Of a DNA stretch of 64,000 nucleotides, positions 37,471-48,685 are shown piece after piece. The translations under genes were made by a program, and so were the position numbers. The DNA comes from Octopus bimaculoides (Eukaryota). Location: the NCBI RefSeq assembly GCF_001194135.2, contig NC_068997.1:56248129-56312128 (forward strand). The letters are read 5' to 3'. The notes beneath the pieces were generated by a model. That model was given only the letters and a program-made list of their open reading frames with translations, was not told the DNA's origin and did not search any database. Position 1 is the stretch's first letter; each line of letters opens with the position of its first letter.

Positions 37471-37989
37471 ACCCACAAGGTAAGAGCCCTCAACTGACTT
37501 GGGCATAAGCGAGAGAAAGGAACTATGATAGAGGGAGAGGAGCAGATGTCTTGCTGAAGACATGCATTCACATGAACACATATGCATAATTATATCTGCA
37601 TTCTCATACATACACACATGCACATGCTCATAAATACATACATACACTTATATGGTAAGCTGACAGGTGCACACACTCAAAAATATGGATACAGAGAGAG
37701 GAAACTTCTACACACAGAGCAGGAGTACAATTAGCTCTCTCTCTCTCACTGGGTAACCATGTACCTCCTCTATAGCAAGACACCTATTTCTGCCTCTCTG
37801 TTTCTCTGTTGCACTTTAACCTTTCATCATCTGATACTGGAGCACCTCTTCTAACTTCTAATGCCCCCTCTATTGTGGCAAGACCCCTGTTTCTGTCTCT
37901 TTGTCACACTCAACCCTTTCATCTTCTGACACACGTTCCCCTCCTCAAACTCACTGCCCCCTCTCATAATTCCTTGTCTTATGAGTTAT

Positions 37990-38175
37990 GTGGTAACCCT
38001 GCCAGTGCTGGTGCCAAGTTAAAAGCACCCAGTCTATACTGTAACGTGATTGGTGTAGAAAGGGCATCCAGCCATAAAATCCCCTGCCAAAACAGACACG
38101 GTTGCCTAGGGTAGTATTTCTACCTGGCCAGCTCCTATCAACTATGGAAGATGGATGTTAAACAATGATGATGAT
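37990..38175 (+). mobile_element. RTE-related SINE with (GAT)n tail
   Basis: AAAAGCACCC...GAAAGGGCATCCAGCC...GGATGTTAAACAATGATGATGATG. Confidence 0.75.
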
Positions 38176-40094
38176 GTGTGTGTGTGCATGTGTACAGATG
38201 ACACATCTAGTAACTAGATGTTAAGCAAGTACTTATCCATATAAAATTCTAATCTTAGTTCCAGGGAAATTTGCAATCTATAAATCTGTGCTTCTCCTAA
38301 GATTAAATGAATTATCTATATTGACCCCTTGACCCCTGTATTTGTCCATTGTTCCTTATCTATTGGCGGACTGAGGCAGTGCCTCTTTCGAAAATTATTT
38401 TCCTTTACTATGCATGAAATCAGAGAAGCACAAACACAATTTCGGTTCCCAGAAGGTACAGTTCTTTCTGTTTTGAGATGGAGATACTTAATGAAAGTTT
38501 TCAGAGTAAATCGAACCTAGGAACACCACGGTTGCAAAGCAAACTCCTTAACCTACATGTTGAGTAGGTGGGTTGAATTTGTAAGAATTTCAAAGCAAAA
38601 TCGTGATGCATTCAAAGCAAGACTTCTGTTTAATCAAAGATTAACTTGTTAATCTGTAAAGCCATAACATATTGACTGTGATAGTAAAACTATAACTTAT
38701 TAACGTATTCCACCAATACTTAAATTGGTAGCAACCATTCCATTGTCGACTGGAATTGCTGTATCTATTGCGTTATCATATGAAATGAATAATTCCAGCA
38801 GACCTTTGTCTGCATGGTCTCAATGTAAATGATATCTACAATGGTTAAATAGAACATATTGATGTTGGAATATGGAGAAGAATCCTTACAAGAGTCGAAT
38901 TGATTTGTAGCGATAGGAAAATCTGTGAGTGATAAATGATAAATTTATTGATCTATAACATCAAATACTGCCTTGTTCGAGAGAGACTGGAAGGAGAAAT
39001 AAAACTACTTTGGTTTAATGAAGACTAAATCTCAAGTATGGCATTGGAATCTGCAGTTTGGCCTGGAACTTCAGCTTGTGTGTAATGAGAGGAGGATTAT
39101 TGGATGCGATTGAAAGAGATTTGCTATGTTAGGAAGGAAAATTGACAGAACACTTCTGAGAAATGGCTGGCCTTTTACAGGAATATCTGTTCTTCTACTT
39201 CTTCTCTTGCATCAGCACAACCCCTGCACACCCCCAGCCGACATAGCTTCCCAGCCAAAAACGGTTTTGGCTGGTAAATCAAAGTTGTATTATTGGTAAA
39301 TTGTGCCAATTCAATATTAGTGTGTGATCTGAAATTTTATGATTTCTGTATTTCTTATCAACATTGGCACAGTACCATTGAAAAAAAAAGTTAGAATAAA
39401 CACTTCCCTTTAGAAGAACCAAAAAGCTAGCTTAAAGAATATATATCATGTGAACGGAGGTAAAAATGAAGCAACCTTTGAAGTGTCCACTCACACTGCA
39501 ACCAACTCATATTTGACCATCACTTTAAATGTCTGTTTGAAGTCACCAATGACATGACATTAAGTGAATAAACAAATGCTTTATCAATTATCAATATTCA
39601 ACAGACAATGCTGGAATATTTCACAGCTATCACACAATAATATATTTTCGTAGCTGAAGTTCTCTTGGGAATGGTGAAATTGCAAGTTTAAGCTGCATAT
39701 GACTGACCTGTTTCAATGATGAAGTCCAATAACACTGAAACATGCATGTCGGTCACATTTTTGGCTAATAAACATCAGATATTTCCTGATACATTTGAAT
39801 TTAATATTTTAAAATTCATTCTTAATTTCTTGAAATTATCTCCTCTTTGCCTTCCTTAACAGTCACTCACAATTACCACGAGGTCTTTTCTCTTAAGATT
39901 TCAATGATGAGATTGTTTAATTTTACAATGATATTGTAGGATAGGTGTGCGAGGCTGAATATGGCTAATCTGTAACAAAACAGAATATTTGAGCTGGATG
40001 TAACTGGTTTAAATGCTAAGGAGTTAATGTTGAATGCTATAATGCATCTTAGATAAGAATAAAAATGTAATAGAAGAATTTGGATAGAATTGGT

Positions 40095-40290
40095 AATAGA
40101 ACATATGGTGGTGAGTTAGCAGAGTTGGTAGAACATCAAATAGAAATATTTGCAGGATTTGCTTTGAATTTCTGTGTTCTGAGTTCAAATTCTGCTGAAG
40201 TCAACATTGCTCTTCATTCTTTCAGGGGAGTTCAATCCTTGTCTGCTGTCATCTTTGGGGGAAGAATAATAACACTTCTGTCAGAAATTG
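40095..40290 (+). mobile_element. tRNA-derived SINE (Meta-domain-like), diverged
   Basis: GTTCTGAGTTCAAATTCTGCTGAAGTCAACATTGCTCTTCATTCTTTCAGGGG. Confidence 0.75.
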
Positions 40291-40444
40291 CTACCAAGTG
40301 ATAATATGAGCCATCAACAAAAGAATCAGAAGTTTCTTGCTTTGGTTAAAACATTGATCGATGTTCTTACGAGAAAAATATCTCAGAGTTTCTTCCTTAA
40401 GTTGTCATTTGAAACATAATTTAAATATTTCTTATATTAATTTC

Positions 40445-40645
40445 AAATTGTGGCCCAAAGCCAGCAATTTTGGGGGATAAGTCTTTTACATTGACCCCCA
40501 GTGTTCAACTTGGCACATAGTTAATCAACTCCAAAATGATGAAAAGCAAAGTCGACTCTGGCGGCATTTGAACTCAGAATCTGAAATCAGAAGAAATGCA
40601 ATTTTTTGCTGGCACAGGAATGGTTCTGCCAGCTTGTGGCCTTAA
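40445..40645 (-). mobile_element. tRNA-derived SINE (Meta-domain-like)
   Basis: GATGAAAAGCAAAGTCGACTCTGGCGGCATTTGAACTCAGAA is the reverse complement of the family core. Confidence 0.8.
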
Positions 40646-40781
40646 ATATTTCTTATATCAAATTGTGATGAAAGATTTCATTTTAAAGACAAGCTTTATA
40701 AAATGGTCAGTCTTGTATTATGGAACCAGAGTCAAGATCAAGAAGAGTTAAACACCAATATCCACATGAGAATTTCAAAAG

Positions 40782-40877
40782 ACATCTTTGAGATGTACAT
40801 ACATCTTCCATGAACATCTTTGAGATGTACAAACATCTTCCATGAACATCTTTGAGATGTACAAACATCCTCTGTGA
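40782..40877. repeat. Tandem repeat, 3 x 32 bp, each unit with an ACATCT-TTG-AGATGT palindrome
   Basis: Units start at 40782, 40814 and 40846. Confidence 0.9.
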
Positions 40878-41704
40878 ACATGTCAAACATATTTTGACTT
40901 ACAGCTATCGGAGTTATTCCATCGTTTCTTTGTAACTCATAAAAGCTGCAACATCTCAAGTTCACCTTACTTCATTCTTTGTCTCTCAATATATATTCTG
41001 ATGCAGGTGCCAGGAACAAAAGACTAAGTTGAGGAATAGACTTTATACATACCAATCCACATACATTTCATGTCTCAATCCTGCCTTATATACTCTACCT
41101 ATCCATATAAATTTCACATATCATTGACGTCTTATATTCTGTACGTGGAGAGGATAGATGGCCAAAAGATTAATTCATAAGCAGCTGGGTATATATGAAT
41201 ATGTGTGTGTATATTAATTGTATATATTTTTCCCCCTTCATTGGTGCTTCTAACCATTGGACAACAGTCAGTGAGGATAAGGCACCAACTTGAAGGCGGT
41301 CACTCAAATCAACCCCTGTAATTATATTTTATTTCAGTGTGGAATTTATTTTACTCACTTCTGTGTAGTTGGGAGTTTTCTCCCTGCTTGCAATATATAC
41401 TGAGTCTGATGTACACTGAACGACCAGCTGGAGGAGACGTCCTCCCGGGGTTAATATAGCCGTATCATCTGTTCTTATAGAACTCCCATCTTTAGGTGAC
41501 AATAGACATTACTTCTCAATATAAATAGTGTTTTTGCCTCTAAGAGAGATACTTTGCTTGTTGCAAAGCCAGTGGCTTTGAGACACTGTTTATTCTATAT
41601 ATTGCAAATTGAGGGTGAACTACTGCTATGTCTAACAGATGAGCATCCATCACTGTGGATGACCGAAGTAAGGTTGAAACCATATTTATATATGCACATA
41701 TACA

Positions 41705-41705
41705 C

Positions 41706-41745
<40 letters not shown>

Positions 41746-41772
41746 GTCTCTCTATCAATCTATCTATCTATG
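41705..41772. repeat. (TCTA)n microsatellite
   Basis: Directly visible. Confidence 0.95.
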
Positions 41773-42350
41773 CACACACACACACATACATATATTACAC
41801 ACACAAGTATATTCTTCTGTGTGTTTGTTCTTATTGACCAGACATGCACATATAATAAAGTACTCAATACCGCCAGTGTAAATTGTGTCATTGTATTATA
41901 TACTTTATTTCTCATATTTGATTCCATTAACAAAACCTGTTCGCAACATACATATGTATATAGTTTTTGTATTTGCTTCTCAGGGTTTATGTGACGAAAG
42001 AGATACTGTCGTAGGTTAGGATGGTCATTCAACTAGCAAAATCGTACAGAAACACAGAATGTTCTTCATTTCATTACTATTAATTAATTATTTAATTAGA
42101 TTATTGATTAAGTTGTCAAATTATTTCACCACATATCTCTGACCTTTATAATGATTTCCCCTGCAAATGCAATGCAATATATTAAAGTACAATATAAATG
42201 ATTATATGGATGTGTCTATGACTGGCTAGACTGACCAGGGCAGGAGTACAGGCTAGTGGACAAATAGCAGTAATGGACCACAGAAACAGATGGCTTTAGG
42301 AATGAAGACAACTCAAGCACTGCTAGCAGCCCACAACCCACTTGACAGAA

Positions 42351-42394
<44 letters not shown>

Positions 42395-43085
42395 NNNNNN
42401 NNNNNNNNNNNNNNNNNNNNNNNNNNNNNNNNNNNNNNNNNNNNNNNNNNNNNNNNNNNNNNNNNNNNNNNNNNNNNNNNNNNNNNNNNNNNNNNNNNNN
42501 NNNNNNNNNNNNNNNNNNNNNNNNNNNNNNNNNNNNNNNNNNNNNNNNNNNNNNNNNNNNNNNNNNNNNNNNNNNNNNNNNNNNNNNNNNNNNNNNNNNN
42601 NNNNNNNNNNNNNNNNNNNNNNNNNNNNNNNNNNNNNNNNNNNNNNNNNNNNNNNNNNNNNNNNNNNNNNNNNNNNNNNNNNNNNNNNNNNNNNNNNNNN
42701 NNNNNNNNNNNNNNNNNNNNNNNNNNNNNNNNNNNNNNNNNNNNNNNNNNNNNNNNNNNNNNNNNNNNNNNNNNNNNNNNNNNNNNNNNNNNNNNNNNNN
42801 NNNNNNNNNNNNNNNNNNNNNNNNNNNNNNNNNNNNNNNNNNNNNNNNNNNNNNNNNNNNNNNNNNNNNNNNNNNNNNNNNNNNNNNNNNNNNNNNNNNN
42901 NNNNNNNNNNNNNNNNNNNNNNNNNNNNNNNNNNNNNNNNNNNNNNNNNNNNNNNNNNNNNNNNNNNNNNNNNNNNNNNNNNNNNNNNNNNNNNNNNNNN
43001 NNNNNNNNNNNNNNNNNNNNNNNNNNNNNNNNNNNNNNNNNNNNNNNNNNNNNNNNNNNNNNNNNNNNNNNNNNNNNNNNNNNNN
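42395..43085. other. Assembly gap (N run) after a (TA)n tract
   Basis: Ns. Confidence 1.
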
Positions 43086-43164
43086 TGTAAAAGAAAAGAA
43101 CCAATGTTCATGAACTCATCGATGAAAATCCACTGTCACATATAGAAAAATTGATAACATATAA

Positions 43165-43196
<32 letters not shown>

Positions 43197-43199
43197 GTA

Positions 43200-43300
43200 T
43201 ACATCTGGAAGATCCTCGAAGGACTTGTCCCAAACTTTGGCATCGAGAATTACACAAATACTAGAACTGGGCGCCACTGCATAGTGCCATGGACTCCACA
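43200..43300 (+). mobile_element. CR1/Jockey-group LINE 3' fragment
   Basis: IWKILEGLVPNFGIENYTNTRTGRHCIVP, typical of the C-terminus following ERRR.Y.IIY in these LINEs. Confidence 0.65.
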
Positions 43301-43951
43301 TTAAATACAGACATAAGTTAAATTACTTATATAATAAGTGTAGCTAATTTATGTATTTATAGAAACCCTATTTTATGTTACTAATTGTTGTAGTTATGAT
43401 TTGTCGTAGTAGAATGTGTATGAATTAGCACAAGATTATAAAGGATATATTACATATTTAGAATAAGATTAAACTAAGATGTTTATAAAATAAATAAATT
43501 AATTAATTAATTAATGAAATAGATTGAATTATTGTAATTTAGCTTCATTTTTGTATATTATATATAATGTATTTTACGTATTTTAGATTCAAGTTATTTA
43601 GACTTTAGAATTTTCAAGTAAATGATATACTGCAGTTAATTTTTTTCTTATTCTCACATCTAAAATATATTATGTCATCTTAACAGTTTAAATACATATT
43701 TCTATCTCATTATTCCATAATTATTTTTATTTACACCATATTTTCATGCGATATATTTCTTATAAACGCTAAGTTCTACGTATTACGTTTAAAATTTTAG
43801 TTTAAAAGCATTTCTTCGATAAGATAAGTTATAATTTTATTTTAAGAAATATTGTTGAATATTTTTTGATTATTTATTTATTTATTGTTAAAACAAGTAT
43901 TTTTTTATATATTTAGTTGATATTTATTATAAGTTACAACACGTATATTGA

Positions 43952-43993
<42 letters not shown>

Positions 43994-44008
43994 CTATATT
44001 TTATTTTA

Positions 44009-44136
44009 GACCTGACGAGTGACTATATTTTTGAATAGATTCAATTGTAGATCGATTTGATTATTAATTGAATTATTAATCGAATTGGTTTTATTAGTTA
44101 TCTATTTGAAAATATAGCCACGAAAAGTGCATAGTC
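44009..44136 (+). ncRNA. Type I hammerhead-ribozyme-like element with an extended ~100-nt stem II
   Basis: Stem I GAC (44009-11)/GUC (44134-36); CUGACGA 44012-18; stem II 44019-40 pairs with 44100-121 (21 of 22 pairs, 2 G-U); GAAA 44122-25; AUA triplet 44131-33; stem III imperfect. Confidence 0.65.
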
Positions 44137-45416
44137 ATTTTTATACTATTTACTAGTTATTCTTTTATGTACTTTATTGATTTTTAGAATAAAGTTTTTA
44201 TGATATATTTATTTTCTAGAGGGCATGAATTACATTCTTCATTATTGAATTGTTTAATAGGGGTTTTTCTCTAAATTATATACATACACACACACACACA
44301 CACACATATACATTGATATGTAAATCTCAAAATAAGGAGGGCTGGATAAGGGAAAATAATTCAGGTGAAATACTTTTTGAGCTCTCTGCAGATAAAAGTA
44401 CACTTGACTAACATTGTGATTGGTGATGTACTAACGATAATTTGAAGTCAAAAGTCTACCTTGAAGTTCATCATCACCCAAGTTTGTAAATCCATGGTTG
44501 CAGTACCCAGTTAAGACGATATGTTTTTTACAGAGTGATGCATAAATTAGATAAATAATAGGTTAGTACATGTATTTACTTTTTATAGTCTTCCAGCTAT
44601 TTTAGATGTATTCGGGTTCATTCATGACTCAGTCTCATCAATCAATTGATTGACTGACAAAATCTATAGGGAACCATCACTGCAGTGCTATCTTCCTCCA
44701 GAACAAAATTAAATCAACTGCAAAAGAAGAAAGGAGGATGAAATTTGGTCAGTGTGTGATTTGTTCAGAACTAACTCACCTGTTTCTAGCCATCACACTC
44801 AATCTATTGTTTCCTCTTACCATGGGTTAATATAGTATTGACATCTGTAAAGAAATTTAATATTCCACAACCTCCTTATGGTCAGTGGCATGCTTTTGAA
44901 GTTTACTACATTTTGGAAATGATGCAAATATACAAGCATAATGCTGCTATGATATTGCTAATTATTTTAAACCTGAAGTGTCAAAATTTATCTAATTAAT
45001 TATGAGCGATTCACCTGTGTACAAAACAGTTAACAGAAATAGTGAGAAGTGGTAATCGTGGGTTATAAATAAACTGTAACAGGTAAAGTAGTATTAAGAC
45101 TAAGAGTACATAGATTTCTAAATCATTGGGCAAAGTATTATTGGTGCAGCTGCAATAATAATAAGGCTAAGATATGATTCTTAGATAGGACTCTGTGGAG
45201 TAAATTACACAAAGTACTAAACGAAGAAGATAAAACAAAATTAAATAAAACCAAAGCTAAACAAAAGTAACCAAACTAAAAATAAAAATAGAAAGAAAAG
45301 TAAAAAAAATAAAGATAAAATTAAAAATAAATGCACCTGCTGTCAGTCTATAATAATTAAATAAATGGATATAACACATTATTTCTGTCTATTTTTATGT
45401 ATATATACATATACAT

Positions 45417-45447
<31 letters not shown>

Positions 45448-45479
45448 AAAATATATATATATATATATGAGATAGAGAG

Positions 45480-45815
45480 AGGCACAGGAGTGGCTGTGTG
45501 GTAAGAAGCTTGCTTCCCAACCACATGGTTCCGGCACATTGTGCAAGTATCTTCTGCTATATCTTCAAGCCAACCAAAGCCTTGTGAGTGAATTTGGTAG
45601 ATGGAAACTGGAAGAAGCCCTATGTGTGTGTATGTATATATATATATATATATGTATATATACGATGGGCTTCTTTCAGTTTCTGTCTACCAAACATATG
45701 TATATATTTTTGTGTGTGAGGTGTGTGTTTGTCCCCCTACCATCACTGGGCAACCGATGTTGGTGTGTTTATGTCCCCGTAACTTAGCAGTTTGGCATAA
45801 GATACCAATAGAATA
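45480..45815 (+). mobile_element. CORE-type SINE followed by an adjoining SINE tail
   Basis: GGCTGTGTGGTAAGAAGCTTGCTTCCCAACCACATGGTTCC...GCAAGTATCTTCTGCTATA...GAAACTGGAAGAAGCCC plus (TA/TG)n. Confidence 0.85.
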
Positions 45816-45889
45816 AGTCCTTGAAGGCTACAGGGTATATCAGCCAAAACGTTGTGTTAACAACAAACAAGATAAGGACAAATATCCGT

Positions 45890-46766
45890 CAAAAATATCC
45901 GAGGAAAACATTCACCACATGCTGATGGATGACTGGTGATTGACTATAAATCAAATAGCCAATGCTATTAGCATATCCTGTGAGAGAGTTGAGAATATTC
46001 TGCCCAATGAACTTGGCATGATGAAGATTTCTGGTTGGTGGGTGCCTCATCTTCTGACACCTAATCAAAAGTGCATCACATCATGGGATTGTTTGAGGTA
46101 GATCCAGCTGGTTACCTTGATCATTTCCTAACCCAGGAGCCTGAGACAAAGAGACAATCCATGCAATGGAAACATACCTCCACACCTGTTCCAAAGAAGG
46201 TCAAAGTTGTTCCATTTACAAGGAAGGTGATGGTTTCAGTTTTCGGACTGCAAAAGTTATTGCGTTTATTGAATATCATCAAAGGAGCCACATCGTCAGT
46301 GGAGAGTATCGTGCCAACTTGCTGAAGCAGTTACGAAAGGCTATCAAGAACAAACACCCAGGGAAACTAACAAAACAGGTCTTGTTTGATCAGGACAATG
46401 CTCCAAAACACAAGTCCTTAGATTCAAGCACTAATGTATACGACTGAGGCTTTGAATTGATTGATCACCCCCCCACCCTATTCTTCTGATTTGGCTCCAT
46501 CTCACTATCATCTGTTCCCCAATATAAAAAAAAAAACACTTGAATGAGAACCAGTGTCACAGGGATAATGAAAGCATATCTGCTGTTAACGACTTCTTTA
46601 ATCAACAAGATGATAGCATCTTTACCAATGGGATCCAAGCACTGCAAGGCTGATGGAAGAAGTATGTTGACTACAAGGAGGACTGTGTTGAAAAACAAAC
46701 CTCATTTGGTCAGATTCCAGGAAAGTATCTTGGTCAAGTGACAAACTTCTCAGCTGACCCTCATAG
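45890..46766 (+). mobile_element. Mariner transposon relic (central and 3' transposase plus 3' TIR)
   Basis: EENIHHMLMDD..INQIANAISISCERVENIL.NELGMMKISGWWVPHLLTP (WVPHEL motif), QDNAPKH, PYSSDLAPSHYHLFPNIKK (YSPDLAP motif); ends ...ACTTCTCAGCTGACCCTCATA. Confidence 0.92.
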
Positions 46767-47003
46767 CTTGGAGGATATCACTTGGTGATCACTCAAGAGC
46801 TTCTAATGGTTTCCAATTTAAGAACAAGGCAAACCATTTAGGCAGAGAGGATGATATTCAATACTATTAACCTCATTGATATTCTATTTTATCGACCTTA
46901 GAAGATGAAATTCTATGTTGAACTTGGAATGTAGAGATCTAAAAGAAATACTATAAGACATTTTGTCTGGTTCTGTAATGATTCTGCCCATACTCATTCC
47001 TAA

Positions 47004-47036
47004 CTGATGAGTCTTTAATGAAAGGTGAAACTAGTC
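47004..47036 (+). ncRNA. Minimal (Penelope-type) hammerhead-ribozyme-like core
   Basis: CUGAUGA - GUCUUU/AAUG/AAAGGU - GAAA-CUAG-UC; palindromic ACUAGU stem III and GUC triplet; stem I not paired. Confidence 0.55.
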
Positions 47037-47313
47037 AGCCAATGATTATTCCAAGCTGATGAAAATCCAGTGTTTTTTCCAAGGGAACTTCTTTCATTGG
47101 GAGACTAGATACATCTTTATTAAATATAAATTGAAATCTAAAGATATAACTCTGTACATGTGTGTGTTTGTGTATGAGTGTGTATGTGGGTGCATCTGTG
47201 CATGTTTATATACAAATATGTGTGAGAGTGTATATATATATATATATAAACATACACGTATAGCTATATATACAAATACACATACATATTCATGTCTATA
47301 TAATCTATACATA

Positions 47314-47357
<44 letters not shown>

Positions 47358-47731
47358 TACATGCATATAAAGCTGTAGATAAATAGACATACATACACAC
47401 ACCTACATATGCCTGTATTGTATGTATATTTGTGAATGTAATTTTCAGTAATTTGTATTACACTCAGAGGCATCTGTGAGCATGGGTGGTGAGATGTTTT
47501 TTATTGGATCAACAGATTCTACAGATGAATTCTCTTCTTATTAATAATCACTCAGCCATGAAAGAGAAGAGGAACAGATTTGATTCCCATCAGTGGAAGT
47601 GGAATGAATAAGATTATGTGCATTGCAGATTCCTGGTTATAATAACAGCGTTTTAGTAAGGAACAGGTTATCATTAGCGTACTGTATTCAACTCATAAGC
47701 ATTTACTTTGTGTATGTATAAGACAGAGAGA

Positions 47732-47769
<38 letters not shown>

Positions 47770-47824
47770 GAGGAGGAAAGCAACAGAGAGGGAGAGAGGG
47801 AGCATATCTATATAGATATGAGTA

Positions 47825-47930
47825 TAGGCATGGCTGAAATAATATCAAAATTTGCTTCACATTCATGAGATTTTGGGTTCAGTTCAACTTTGCAGTTTCC
47901 CAGGAAAATGTTTTCCACTGCAGCCTGTTA
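47825..47930 (+). mobile_element. CORE-type SINE fragment
   Basis: GGCATGGCTG...TTGGGTTCAGTTCAAC...GGAAAATGTTTTCCACTGCAGCC. Confidence 0.55.
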
Positions 47931-48329
47931 TGTTTTGCCAAAATGTAATGTCTCAAAGAGATTTCTGTGAGAAGAAACACAGAATTTCAATTGCAGACCA
48001 TCAGACTCAGAGTTTTAACATTGTTTCATCTCCTCCCACCTCTACCAGAAATCTATTCTCAAAACTGGAAATCCCTACAGGGATCTGCCTCTGCCATAAG
48101 ACTTGCATACCTTTGTCCCTCCTCCCCTGCCACCAACAAGTCCCTAAACTATTGCATGCTCCAAATGGTGATATGTTACATAGGAAATTTTTAGTAAATT
48201 AACAAACCACCTTCCTCTTTCTCCCTATATATAATGGACTGACCAATAGCACATAAAGTGCACTGTTCAAGCATTGGGCTTCAAAGAAGCAAAGTGGCTG
48301 AGTTCCTTTCAAGTGTTGGGCCTCACGGA

Positions 48330-48619
48330 GGCAACGACTGAGACCTTTGGCATTTATGTTGTGCTTGAGAAGAAGACCCATCAAGCTGAGCAAAACCACA
48401 GTCATGGAAGATACCGGTGTCATGCAAAGGGCACCCATGGCAGTGGCGTGTAAAAGCACCCATTACACTCTCAGAGTGGCTGGTGTTAGGACAGACATCC
48501 AGCTGTAGAAAACCATGCCAAATCAGACTGGAGTCTAGTGCAGCCTTCCAGCTTACCATTTCAAGTCAAATCGTCCAACCCCTACCAGCATGGACCACAG
48601 ACATTAAATGATGATGATG

Positions 48620-48620
<1 letters not shown>
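48330..48620 (+). mobile_element. RTE-related SINE with (GAT)n tail followed by (CA)n
   Basis: Same family as 37990-38175; ends CCAGCATGGACCACAGACATTAAATGATGATGATGA. Confidence 0.8.

Positions 48621-48685
<65 letters not shown>

Noticed and set aside
42290-43145. Long ORFs of 200-270 aa in the track (also 14-15 kb, 20 kb, 35 kb, 62-63 kb)
   Set aside because: They consist of N runs translated as X and (TA)n/(TG)n repeats; artefacts.
43310-43960. Possible mitochondrial insertion (NUMT) because of extreme AT content
   Set aside because: No mitochondrial tRNA cloverleaf, rRNA motif or protein motif recognised.
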